Shown: piece after piece, positions 9,885 to 18,614 of the stretch
How positions within the stretch are numbered: the first letter of the stretch is position 1
Layout: each line of letters begins with the position of its first letter
IMG/VR virus record: IMGVR_UViG_3300014205_000177
Coordinates: 32,001-96,000 of that record
Reading direction: 5' to 3' (one strand)
Origin: a virus
Taxonomy: Duplodnaviria > Caudoviricetes
Length of the DNA: 64,000 bases
The notes under the pieces: model-generated
Databases searched by the model: none
What the model was told of the DNA's origin: nothing
What the model saw: only the letters and a program-made list of their open reading frames with translations
Made by a program: the position numbers and the translations under genes

Positions 9885-10144
9885 AAATGAAAGTAAATGA
9901 AGAAGATATAAAAATGTTTTTATTTGGAAGATGGATAGCTACTTGTTATGCTGATGAACTAATGGATAAAAATGGTATGACAAATCATAATCCAGGATTT
10001 AAAAGAGAAGAAGCATTGTCAGTATTAAACATGACTGGCGGTTCATGGTGGAAGTCAAGAATAAGACACTTTAATAGCGTGGTTCTTCCAAACTATAAAA
10101 GCAATGGAAGTTATGAAGATGCTAAAAAGTTCTTAAATGAGTAA
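9881..10144 (+). CDS. hypothetical protein
   Basis: last ORF of the + block. Confidence 0.55.
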   Translation: MKMKVNEEDIKMFLFGRWIATCYADELMDKNGMTNHNPGFKREEALSVLNMTGGSWWKSRIRHFNSVVLPNYKSNGSYEDAKKFLNE

Positions 10145-10190
10145 AAATATACAAAGATTTATTCAATAGTAATAAAGGTATAACGAGAAT

Positions 10191-10236
10191 GGGCTGGCGT
10201 GTGTAATGCACGTCAGCCCTTTTTTTTGTTTTTTTT
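10191..10236 (+). terminator. rho-independent terminator at the convergence of + and - blocks
   Basis: GGGCTGGCGTGT-loop-GCACGTCAGCCC stem followed by a long T-tract. Confidence 0.85.
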
Positions 10237-10301
10237 ATTTATTTTTTTGTAAATATAATATATACGCATTAGCAGGCGACTTTTTTACCTTTTAATGTCA
10301 G

Positions 10302-10511
10302 TCATTTTTGTACTAGGGATATTTTAGTAATTGGGATTCTTATATAATTATCATTTTCATCTTTCACATTACTTAAAGTTACCCATCCTTTATATCCTAA
10401 AAATGTAAAAGACTCTTCTCTATTAACACTAATAATTTTATTTTCCTTACCCTCATAGATAACATCTAATCCAGTATGAATCCATTCTTGTGAAAATAAA
10501 GTATTAATCAT
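10302..10511 (-). CDS. hypothetical protein
   Basis: ORF track. Confidence 0.5.
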   Translation of the reverse strand: MINTLFSQEWIHTGLDVIYEGKENKIISVNREESFTFLGYKGWVTLSNVKDENDNYIRIPITKISLVQK

Positions 10512-10683
10512 TTTTTTCGCTAATATAAAAATCTTCTTCTTTATACTTCTTGTTTATTTCTTTCATAAGATAAACTTCTTTAATTTTTCTCGCTGGTCCC
10601 CATCCATTTTTGTGTGGCTTACAAAGTGCGCAACTACTTCCTTTCTTGTTTTTTGTTTTGGAAGCTCTATTTGGATGTCTCAT
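10504..10683 (-). CDS. small basic protein with CxxCxxH motif (not in ORF track)
   Basis: manual translation MRHPNRASKTKNKKGSSCALCKPHKNGW...; G-rich SD; fills the gap. Confidence 0.55.
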   Translation of the reverse strand: MRHPNRASKTKNKKGSSCALCKPHKNGWGPARKIKEVYLMKEINKKYKEEDFYISEKND

Positions 10684-10691
10684 TTATCCCC

Positions 10692-11342
10692 CTATACAAA
10701 TCTATTTATTATATTAGAATTAACATCTTCGTTTTCTCTTAATTTCTTCATAGCCCAAGCCAAGTCGTCACTGTAAAGTAATTCCTTACCTGTGTGTTTA
10801 TCCTTATATAGTCTTCCATCTGCTACCATTTGATTAAATCTAACCTGTGCTCTTTCTACATATACTTCAAGTGGCTGTGGTGAATAGTTATTTTCTGGAA
10901 CGTCAACCCCTACATCAAAGCTAAGATTTTGAGTATTCATTCTGCCGTGACTGTGGCCAAATAATGCTACACTACAATAATGACTTTTATCCCACGTCCG
11001 AGGACAACAATGTTGCATAACCCAATTATGACCCAATGCTTTTATATTCTTTATTTCACATACTTCTTGAAATTGCTCTAAATGTATTTTAGGCATTTTA
11101 TCGTGAGAACCTAAAATAAGAACCTTCTTTCCTTTGAGTTTATTTATAAAATAACCATGCCTTTGAAAAGCAAAATCACCTACTATATAAACTAAATCCT
11201 TTACTCCAACTACCTTATTCCAATTTTCAATTAGCCCTTCATCCATTTCTTCTACGTTCTTCCATGGTCTGTTATTATGCTTAATTATATTTGAATGACC
11301 AAGATGCCAATCCGCCCCTACCCACACCTGATTACAACTCAT
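10692..11342 (-). CDS. calcineurin-like metallophosphoesterase
   Basis: ADWHLGH, VGDF, GSHD, FGHSH, DVGVD. Confidence 0.88.
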   Translation of the reverse strand: MSCNQVWVGADWHLGHSNIIKHNNRPWKNVEEMDEGLIENWNKVVGVKDLVYIVGDFAFQRHGYFINKLKGKKVLILGSHDKMPKIHLEQFQEVCEIKNIKALGHNWVMQHCCPRTWDKSHYCSVALFGHSHGRMNTQNLSFDVGVDVPENNYSPQPLEVYVERAQVRFNQMVADGRLYKDKHTGKELLYSDDLAWAMKKLRENEDVNSNIINRFV

Positions 11343-11373
11343 TTTTTGTTTCCTTTTCTTATAATAATTCTAA

Positions 11374-11682
11374 TTAGAAATTTCTCTTATTTTTTTCATC
11401 TAGTGAATCTTGTGCCTCTTTGCGACTTTTTCTTTCTTCGTCAGTTAATCCGGCTAAATAATTTTCATGTTTTTTCTTTGAATATTCAACCAACTTATCG
11501 AATAATCTTTTGATTCTTTTGGGCATTTCTTCATCACATTCCCCTTGAACAAATCCACGAGATACAGAAATCCAAGCCATTTCAGTATACTCACCATCAG
11601 ATAAATATGTTTCAGGACATCCTACTTCGTTAAACCATTCTTGTAATTTATTTACACCCTTGTCAAATTCTTTTTCATTCAT
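11374..11682 (-). CDS. hypothetical protein
   Basis: ORF track. Confidence 0.55.
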   Translation of the reverse strand: MNEKEFDKGVNKLQEWFNEVGCPETYLSDGEYTEMAWISVSRGFVQGECDEEMPKRIKRLFDKLVEYSKKKHENYLAGLTDEERKSRKEAQDSLDEKNKRNF

Positions 11683-11684
11683 TT

Positions 11685-12386
11685 TTATTTAACTCCCAAT
11701 TTTTCTGCTTCTTCGATAAATAACGACTTTGTATATTGCATATCTAAACCTTTATATAGATAAATATTAAATAAATTACAAAGGTCTCCTTTATAATTTT
11801 TAAATATTAATATACAATAATCAGATGGTTCACCTTTAAACCACCCACCGTCAATTTTCATAGAATATAACATTTCAGATTCAATAAGACCCATTAAATT
11901 ATCTATTTCATCTACAATTTTAGTTATTTCATCAGTAATATAGATATTAAATGCTTCATTTATTTTTATTGCATATTTATTTTCGAATTCACCGTAGTCA
12001 AATCCAACAGATTTTAAATATGCTTTTATTGGTCTTGGCAAATCGCAAACATAAGCTTCATGTGCATCATGCATAAGAAAAGCTCTTTTTAAACATTCTT
12101 TAAAATTTTTGTTTTTTAATATGACTATAGGAAGAATTCCTTTTGAATCTAAAAAATCTATAATCATCATACCAATTATTGAATGCATTGCTACAGAAAA
12201 GAAAACACTTGAATGCCCATTATATCTACATATTTTAGATAATGAATGAGCTATGTCTTCTATTTCTATTTTATCTATACTAAGTTCTGGGTAAGTAATT
12301 TCTTTATTAGTAAAAGATTGAAGAAAACCATAGTCTTTAAGTGACATTTCTATCATTTTATTTACCTTAATCCTTATTTTTACCAT
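11685..12386 (-). CDS. HD-domain phosphohydrolase (YfbR/5'-deoxynucleotidase-like)
   Basis: DIAHSLSKICRYNGH, SVAMHS, LMHDAHEAY, DLPRPIK. Confidence 0.85.
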   Translation of the reverse strand: MVKIRIKVNKMIEMSLKDYGFLQSFTNKEITYPELSIDKIEIEDIAHSLSKICRYNGHSSVFFSVAMHSIIGMMIIDFLDSKGILPIVILKNKNFKECLKRAFLMHDAHEAYVCDLPRPIKAYLKSVGFDYGEFENKYAIKINEAFNIYITDEITKIVDEIDNLMGLIESEMLYSMKIDGGWFKGEPSDYCILIFKNYKGDLCNLFNIYLYKGLDMQYTKSLFIEEAEKLGVK

Positions 12387-12831
12387 TTAGAATGGCAATT
12401 TTAACAGATTCGTCAATCATCTGATATATCATAGCTCCAAGCGGATTGCCTTCTTTTTGACAATCATGTCTATCATCTAATTCTGCTGGTAACATTCCAC
12501 ACTTGATTGCATCCAATGTGTAATCTATACTAAAAGCATTCCATATTGCGGCAATTAAATGAGGTTCATCTGTCATTCCACTTTTCCATGCCAACAAATG
12601 TCTATCTAGAGACTCCATATACCTTGATATAGGCTGACCCTTAGCCCAATTCCAACTATCATATTTAAGAGAGCCATTCCCATAATGGAGAGCTAATTTA
12701 ACCAAAACAGATGGCGGAATTAATGCAGGTTTTGGCTTTCCAGCCTGAGTATCTCTTTGAGAACCCGTTTTCATTAATTCTCTAACACCGTGGTCTTTAA
12801 TCTGCCCAAATACTTTGTTATTTTTATCCAT
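12367..12831 (-). CDS. dATP/dGTP diphosphohydrolase N-terminal domain protein (DUF5664-like)
   Basis: KPKPALIP, GSLKYDSWNWAKG, SLDRHL, HLIAAIWN pattern. Confidence 0.78.
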   Translation of the reverse strand: MDKNNKVFGQIKDHGVRELMKTGSQRDTQAGKPKPALIPPSVLVKLALHYGNGSLKYDSWNWAKGQPISRYMESLDRHLLAWKSGMTDEPHLIAAIWNAFSIDYTLDAIKCGMLPAELDDRHDCQKEGNPLGAMIYQMIDESVKIAILNGKNKD

Positions 12832-12832
12832 T

Positions 12833-13096
12833 TTATTCCTTTTCCTTATGTGTTGATTCTTCTTTTACCATCTCCGCAAAACACTGGTCACAAAGATAAC
12901 ACCCCTCTATGTCTGTTGTGTAATGACTATCTTCAAGTATTGGGCATTCACACCCTTCACAATGAGAAATAACCATCTTTCCTCCTACTTCTATTGCCCT
13001 CCATCCTAGTGTTTTATGGTTTTTAATTGAATCAATGGTCTTGTTTTCGCTTACATCTACCACTCTAGTTTCTATCTTTTCAAATATTATTTTCAT
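12833..13096 (-). CDS. small Zn-finger protein (start revised to MKIIFEK)
   Basis: CEGC...CDQC; revised start removes overlap with the upstream gene. Confidence 0.6.
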   Translation of the reverse strand: MKIIFEKIETRVVDVSENKTIDSIKNHKTLGWRAIEVGGKMVISHCEGCECPILEDSHYTTDIEGCYLCDQCFAEMVKEESTHKEKE

Positions 13097-13097
13097 A

Positions 13098-13493
13098 TTA
13101 TTTCTTCTCTTGAGTTTTATTCTTATTAAATTGTTCTTTAAAATATTCTTTAGCAATATTATAAAGTTCTTCTGTTTCTTTTGGAAGTTTATTTTGGACA
13201 AACTCAGAATTAGCAACCATAGGAAGAATCTTAATGGTCGCCATTTCTTTTGTGGTTGGAATAAAAATTAAGATAGTAAACGAAGACAAAAAGATAATTA
13301 AAGTATAAGTCCATATTTTTTTACTTTTCCCTATATTTTCTTTTTCTATTTCTTCACTGGCTATTGATAATGAACAAACATATCCTATAGTTATTAGGAT
13401 AAATAATACCCCCGATATAATGCTCATTATTGAGAGATACATACAAATAGCATCCAGTCTAGTAATCCAATAAATCATGTTTTCAGTAATCAT
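13098..13493 (-). CDS. membrane protein
   Basis: IYWITRLD start, two TM, FIPT motif; SD AAGGAG. Confidence 0.65.
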   Translation of the reverse strand: MITENMIYWITRLDAICMYLSIMSIISGVLFILITIGYVCSLSIASEEIEKENIGKSKKIWTYTLIIFLSSFTILIFIPTTKEMATIKILPMVANSEFVQNKLPKETEELYNIAKEYFKEQFNKNKTQEKK

Positions 13494-13503
13494 TTTGTTC
13501 TCC

Positions 13504-13644
13504 TTAAAATGAAAATGCTAATATAATTAATGATAATACAATAAAAGATACCCAAAAGATAGTAAAAGCATCAATCCTTGATTTCTCTTTATATTTTACT
13601 CTACTATTTAATGTTTTCCTTGGAACGGTTCTGTTAATTGTCAT
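13504..13644 (-). CDS. small membrane protein (start revised to MTINR)
   Basis: SD AAGGA before ATG 13644; the track's TTG start coincides with a -35 box. Confidence 0.55.
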   Translation of the reverse strand: MTINRTVPRKTLNSRVKYKEKSRIDAFTIFWVSFIVLSLIILAFSF

Positions 13645-13676
13645 TTTTGTTTCCTTTTTTAGTTTAAGTTTAAAAT

Positions 13677-13704
13677 AATATAGCACGGTTCTATTGTTTT
13701 TCAA
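13677..13704 (-). promoter_or_regulatory. sigma70-like extended -10 promoter
   Basis: TTGAAA-N13-TGC-TATATT, same architecture as three other intergenic sites. Confidence 0.7.
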
Positions 13705-13802
13705 GTGTGCATTTATTAGAATATTCTCCTTTTAACTTCATCCACGTCAGGAGATTTAGTTTAAAACACGCTAAAGGGTGTATTATTTGTAATAATTGTG
13801 GG

Positions 13803-14930
13803 TCAGTTGCAGAAACTGTATCCACAACTTATACACTGAGCGCACCCATTTTCATATTTCATTTCCCCCCCACATTCCGGACAGCTCCCACTTGCTTTTT
13901 CTCCATCTGTAATGTATTTCTTTAATACCCTTGAGATAGATTTTTCAAAGCTGAACATGTCTGAATCACGATTTACCTTTAGTAATTGTTCGCAAATAAT
14001 CTTTATTGGTATCCCATGTCTTAGCATAGCAGAAATAATACGAGTATAAGAGCCAGCGTTTGGACTAAATACATTAGCAATATCTTTAATAAAAACCTTA
14101 TCTGGAATATCAAGGTCATATCTTCTTATTTTATCTATCTTTCCATTTTTAATAAGCTTTCCTGTTTTTGTTGTTTTGGCTATATCTATATTTCCTGCTA
14201 CTCCACCAAATATTTCATATGGCTTACCATCCATAAGTCCAACAAAGATAATCCAATTATCCATTCCTACAGCTGAGAAGTGAATGTCACAATCTAAAAT
14301 AATTGGTCTTTTTGGTGCATTATTTTCTACTATTCCACTTTTGTCTTCTTTTTTGTCAAACATTATTCCATCCCTAGAACCATCTCTATAAATAGTAAGT
14401 CCTTTACACCCCATTTCATGAGCTAATAAATAGATATTGGATATTTCTTCTTGTGTAATCTCTTTATTAAGATTAATAGTACTACTTATACTATGGGTTA
14501 TATACCTTTGAATTAAGGATTGAATTTCTACTCTGTACTTCCAGTTAATTTCTCCTGCTTCACTTTCCCAATATGGAGAATCTTCTATCTTTTTATCTGG
14601 ATTTAAAGATTTCCATTTTTCCAGTCCGTGATGTAAAACTTCATAATGAAGATATTTTATTCCATCAGAATCAATAGAGTCTGGTTTTATCCCATTTTCT
14701 ACCTCTTCTTTGTACATTTTTCTTTTTCTACTATAACCACGTTTAAATACCGGCTCAAGTCCAGATGTAGTTTGAGCTAATATTGATATGCTATTGTGTG
14801 AAATAATATTGTTTTCCAGTAGATATGAGTGGGTTCCTTCTACTTCAATGTCCATGTAAAAATTTTCGGTTTCAACTATTTCTTTAACCTTCAATTCTTT
14901 GTATTTCCCCAGGTCTTTTAATTTAATCAT
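13803..14930 (-). CDS. nrdJ: class II ribonucleotide reductase, C-terminal fragment with N-terminal split-intein C-part
   Basis: 46-aa IntC ending SHN, then SISILAQTTSGLEPVF, SISSTINL, GCKGLTIYRDGSR, terminal CPEC...CAQCISCGYSFC; SD GAAGGAG. Confidence 0.92.
   Translation of the reverse strand: MIKLKDLGKYKELKVKEIVETENFYMDIEVEGTHSYLLENNIISHNSISILAQTTSGLEPVFKRGYSRKRKMYKEEVENGIKPDSIDSDGIKYLHYEVLHHGLEKWKSLNPDKKIEDSPYWESEAGEINWKYRVEIQSLIQRYITHSISSTINLNKEITQEEISNIYLLAHEMGCKGLTIYRDGSRDGIMFDKKEDKSGIVENNAPKRPIILDCDIHFSAVGMDNWIIFVGLMDGKPYEIFGGVAGNIDIAKTTKTGKLIKNGKIDKIRRYDLDIPDKVFIKDIANVFSPNAGSYTRIISAMLRHGIPIKIICEQLLKVNRDSDMFSFEKSISRVLKKYITDGEKASGSCPECGGEMKYENGCAQCISCGYSFCN
14793..14930 (-). mobile_element. 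split intein C-fragment (IntC, 46 aa)
   Basis: YMDIEVEGTHSYLLENNIISHN/S = blocks F and G with Ser+1. Confidence 0.92.
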
Positions 14931-16170
14931 TTCTAACTCCTTCTAGTCTTTTTAAGATTTCATTTTTTATTATGTCTGTTGTTTTCTGTGGTTCTTTTCT
15001 GTAGTCGCTCTCCCATACTATTAAAACATCTTTTACTCCAATTGTTTTCATTATTTCGATTCTATCCTTGTCTCTTTCCCATATTCTTTTATTCTCTTCT
15101 GTGTCTTTGTATTCTTCTGGATTCTTATGAAAGTAATCTCCTTGAAATTCAACCACCAGCCCTATTTCTTTCATATAGAAATCTGGCATAATCATTTTAA
15201 TTTCTTTGTTTATTGCATTGTTTGCAACAAAAAACTTATACTCATTGTCTTTATAGAAAACATTCTCAAGTTTAAGGTCTTCTATTATCGCATCAAAGAA
15301 CGCAATTGAAACCTTAGAATATAAGACTACTTTCCCAAATCTGGCATTAAGCCATCCATCATAAATTAAACTGCCGTTTTCTAGTCCATATTTTTCAATA
15401 CACTTTTCCAGTGTAACAGCCTTATTTTTATTCCTTTCTTGCCACTTATTCTTGCCTTCTTCTCCATACTTCTCTATAAAATATTCCATGGAGTGGGCAT
15501 GTTTCATTTTGGCAATTTTTTCCTCCCACTTTTGTGCTCCATACTTCTCAATAAAAACATCCCTACATAAAGACTTACCCTCACACAAAGCCACCCATTT
15601 TTCTCTTCCATTTTCCTCCCCGTATTTTTCAATAAATTTAACTAGACTGCCACTATTACTTGACTGCATATTGCTAATCATTTCTACTGAATCATCGTAT
15701 GAATACCCCTTATTTGTCCAGAATTTAATTTGAGATGGAGTCACTGACTCCATATCACAATATGAATAAAATTTCTTAGATGCACCTGAACACTTAGACT
15801 TAAATATTTCCCACTTTTTAAGACCTTCAATCTCTCCGTGTCTTCTGATAAACTGCTCTAGCGTTCCAGAGCATCTTTCATTTTTATCTTTATATCTCAA
15901 CCATCCCTCCTCTCTCCCATATCTTTCAATAAACCCTTCAAGCGTGTTTTTATGTGAGTGTCTTCTGTGTATTTCTGCCCATTTTTCTTTCCCTTTTTCT
16001 TCTCCGTACTTTATAATACATTTTTTCTCACTTGAGCTTCTGCAAAAAACATAATATGCTTTTTCTTTATCTTCTGCTTTAATATCCTTGTTTTGTATAA
16101 TTTCTTCCCAAATATCCGGATAAGTATCGGTGTTCATTTTAGTTTTTCCATGACATATAATCATAACCAT
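14923..16170 (-). mobile_element. free-standing putative homing endonuclease: helical repeats plus C-terminal Vsr-like PD-(D/E)XK domain
   Basis: PDFY...VVEFQGDYFH...KDRIE...LIVWESDY; seven (F/C)IxxYG-type repeats; lies between IntN and IntC; likely true start 16164. Confidence 0.8.
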
Positions 16171-16209
16171 TGCTCCTATGTTGTTCTGTTATATAATAGG
16201 AGCAACAGT
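16166..16209 (-). promoter_or_regulatory. RBS-sequestering hairpin upstream of the endonuclease
   Basis: perfect 10-bp inverted repeat TTGCTCCTAT/ATAGGAGCAA (extendable to 14 bp with G-U pairs) covering AGGAG. Confidence 0.75.
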
Positions 16210-16215
16210 TGATGA

Positions 16216-18021
16216 CTAACACTGCTGAATGATAATATCATCTTTTTTTATTTCAGATACTTTTTTCCATTCGCAATTTTCATCGTCAACTTTAACCAAA
16301 AGTTTATGGTCATTTGACGAATTTAAAATATATCCATCCTCGAATACAGTCTTTCTTCCTATAGATAATCCCTTCCAGTATAGTTTAGTTATTTTTTTAT
16401 CGTTACCAAACATATCCTTAACGTAGATTTCTTCATTGACATTAAACCACATATTCATTACGCCTGATAGTTCGTCAATATCTACGCCATTCATTTTGAA
16501 AATATCACCAATAGAAGCCATTTGGTTATTTTCCAGTTTAATATTGGTATCTTTATGAACACAGCCAGCTGGAGCTATGGTTGTAGTAGAAATATTTCTT
16601 CTGCCGTACTTGCTTATTTCTTCCTGTAATTTTTCTGGAAGTATTTTTATATAATGACAATTTTTTTCTTTTTCCCAATTAAACACTGGAAAAGCTCCTC
16701 TTTCCTGAGATAATACGCAATTTTCTAACATATTCATTTCATGAAAAATTTTAAATAGATATTCTGAAAATTTAAAAGCTTCTTTACTACTATATTTAAT
16801 TCCTAGCATGGCTAACATATCTCCATATCCAGTAATACCCAATCCAGTTCTTCTTCCATTAATATAATTTATCCTTATCTTTTCCCACAGTTTTAGTTCG
16901 TTTCTTTTAAGGTCTTCATCTTCTGGGTCAGATTTAATTTTAGTTATAATCTTGTCAATTTTTTCTATTTCCAAATCTACTAAATTATCAATAAGTCTAG
17001 TAGCAATCCTAACATTCTTTGAGAAATCATCAAAATTAAAATTACTATTTTCTAGATATGGATTACATACAAATCCAGTTAAGTTTATAGCCATCAATAT
17101 ACAACTTGAATAGGGTGAAAGTACGAGTTCTCCGCATGGATTACTCAATTCTGTTTTGAAACCAACATCGGCATAACAATCACTTAGAGATTGAGAAATT
17201 ACCTTATCCCAATAAAAATTTCCAGGTTCTGCTGATAACCAATTAGACTCTACAAATAAATCCCATACTTCTTTAGCGTTTACTTCCTTTGTATATTTTG
17301 CTGTTTCTACAGGGGAATCTACTGGGAATCTTAGCACGTACTTACTATTAGATTTTACATGTTCAATAAAATCATTATTCCATTTAATCGAAATATTTGC
17401 ACCGTTTACTTTGTTTAAATCTCTTTTTATCTTTATAAACTCTATAATATCAGGATGCCTACAATCAAGACCCAACATTCCTGCACCCCTACGCCCATTT
17501 TGACATACCTCCTTAATTGTATTACTGTATCTATTCATAAAACAAGTTACACCATCAGAAGTATTTGCTGAATTATTTACAATAGAACCACTTGGTCTTA
17601 AAGAGCTTAGGTCTACTCCAACTCCGCCTCTTCTTTTACAGATACTTGCCAGTTCTTCATCTGTTTTTATAATTCCAGAATAAGAATCTTTTGGACTTTC
17701 AATTAAAAAACAATTTGCCAAACTAACAGTCTTAAAGTCATTACCTATTCCAGACAAAGGAGAACCTTGTGGGATAATCTTTTTAAAACCGTCCAGTGAA
17801 CCAATAATTTCTTCATAGCTCAACGGGTTGGGATATTTACTTTCAATTCTTGTAAACTCTCCGGCTACTCTTTTAAAAATGTCAGTTGGACTACTTTCAA
17901 CAAAATTCCCATCTCTATCTCTCAATAAATATTTATTTGCACAAATTCCACCGGCAAGTTCATCTCCGTTAAAATAGTCTACACAATTTTTAATAACTTC
18001 TGTTTTAGTTATTTGATTCAT
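16216..18021 (-). CDS. nrdJ: class II (AdoCbl-dependent) ribonucleotide reductase, N-terminal fragment ending in split-intein N-part
   Basis: PQGSP, SLANCF, RRGGVGVD, GRRGA, EPG, SNPCGE, RRTGLG, TTIAPAG followed by IntN. Confidence 0.92.
   Translation of the reverse strand: MNQITKTEVIKNCVDYFNGDELAGGICANKYLLRDRDGNFVESSPTDIFKRVAGEFTRIESKYPNPLSYEEIIGSLDGFKKIIPQGSPLSGIGNDFKTVSLANCFLIESPKDSYSGIIKTDEELASICKRRGGVGVDLSSLRPSGSIVNNSANTSDGVTCFMNRYSNTIKEVCQNGRRGAGMLGLDCRHPDIIEFIKIKRDLNKVNGANISIKWNNDFIEHVKSNSKYVLRFPVDSPVETAKYTKEVNAKEVWDLFVESNWLSAEPGNFYWDKVISQSLSDCYADVGFKTELSNPCGELVLSPYSSCILMAINLTGFVCNPYLENSNFNFDDFSKNVRIATRLIDNLVDLEIEKIDKIITKIKSDPEDEDLKRNELKLWEKIRINYINGRRTGLGITGYGDMLAMLGIKYSSKEAFKFSEYLFKIFHEMNMLENCVLSQERGAFPVFNWEKEKNCHYIKILPEKLQEEISKYGRRNISTTTIAPAGCVHKDTNIKLENNQMASIGDIFKMNGVDIDELSGVMNMWFNVNEEIYVKDMFGNDKKITKLYWKGLSIGRKTVFEDGYILNSSNDHKLLVKVDDENCEWKKVSEIKKDDIIIQQC
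16219..16563 (-). mobile_element. split intein N-fragment (IntN, 115 aa)
   Basis: CVHKDTNIKL block A; SSNDHKLLV block B; ends WKKVSEIKKDDIII then stop. Confidence 0.9.
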
Positions 18022-18547
18022 CTTTTCTCTCCTTAAATTTTAAAATTCCATTATTAGATATTTTTTGATAATTACTATTGTAAAAATCTTGATTTGAACT
18101 AGGAAGCCTCATTTCATAATCATCTTTAATTACTACTTGAGATAATGTTTCGTCATATTTACCGCATTTAGCTACGTGGAAATGAGTAATATGATTTTCT
18201 ATAAGATGAGTTATTTCATACCCTGTGTATATTATTATTTTATATCCATAGTAAAATAATATTTTGAGTAAAGCTCTACACACATCAATATTGTCTGGAT
18301 GAAGAGGTTCCCCACCAGAAATTACTACATGAGTTATTTGTTTTCTTTCTGAAAAATTAGCAATATGTCTAAACAACTCCCTTTCATCGAACTCTTTAAA
18401 TTCTTCTACATCATTCCTAAGTTTTTCATTACAACATCCAACACAAGTCCCATTACATTTTGTAAAATACACAACTGTGGCAATATCGTTACTTGGAAAA
18501 TCCTTACTTAAAAATGGTTTACTAGCCCTTACCTTTTTAATTGTCAT
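18005..18547 (-). CDS. NrdG-like radical SAM activase
   Basis: CNGTCVGC, SGGEPL, IYTGY, GKYD, SSNQ. Confidence 0.82.
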   Translation of the reverse strand: MTIKKVRASKPFLSKDFPSNDIATVVYFTKCNGTCVGCCNEKLRNDVEEFKEFDERELFRHIANFSERKQITHVVISGGEPLHPDNIDVCRALLKILFYYGYKIIIYTGYEITHLIENHITHFHVAKCGKYDETLSQVVIKDDYEMRLPSSNQDFYNSNYQKISNNGILKFKERKDESNN

Positions 18548-18574
18548 GAATGATTCCTTTTAATTTAGGCTTAT

Positions 18575-18602
18575 AACCTAGCATAATTTACTTATTTTTC
18601 AA
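18575..18602 (-). promoter_or_regulatory. sigma70-like extended -10 promoter for the nrdG-like/nrdJ operon
   Basis: TTGAAA-N13-TGC-TAGGTT just downstream of a terminator. Confidence 0.65.
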
Positions 18603-18614
18603 TAGTCATTAGAC

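Noticed and set aside
13705-13802. Possible ribozyme or structured RNA downstream of nrdJ-C (TCTCCT...AGGAGA stem with CTGACG)
   Set aside because: Lacks the hammerhead CUGAnGA/GAAA core; only short stems that cannot be supported by eye
16171-16218. Stop-codon reassignment (TAG read-through) fusing IntN to the endonuclease
   Set aside because: An in-frame TAA follows nine codons later, and conserved genes across the window are intact in code 11 with TAG, TGA and TAA all used as stops
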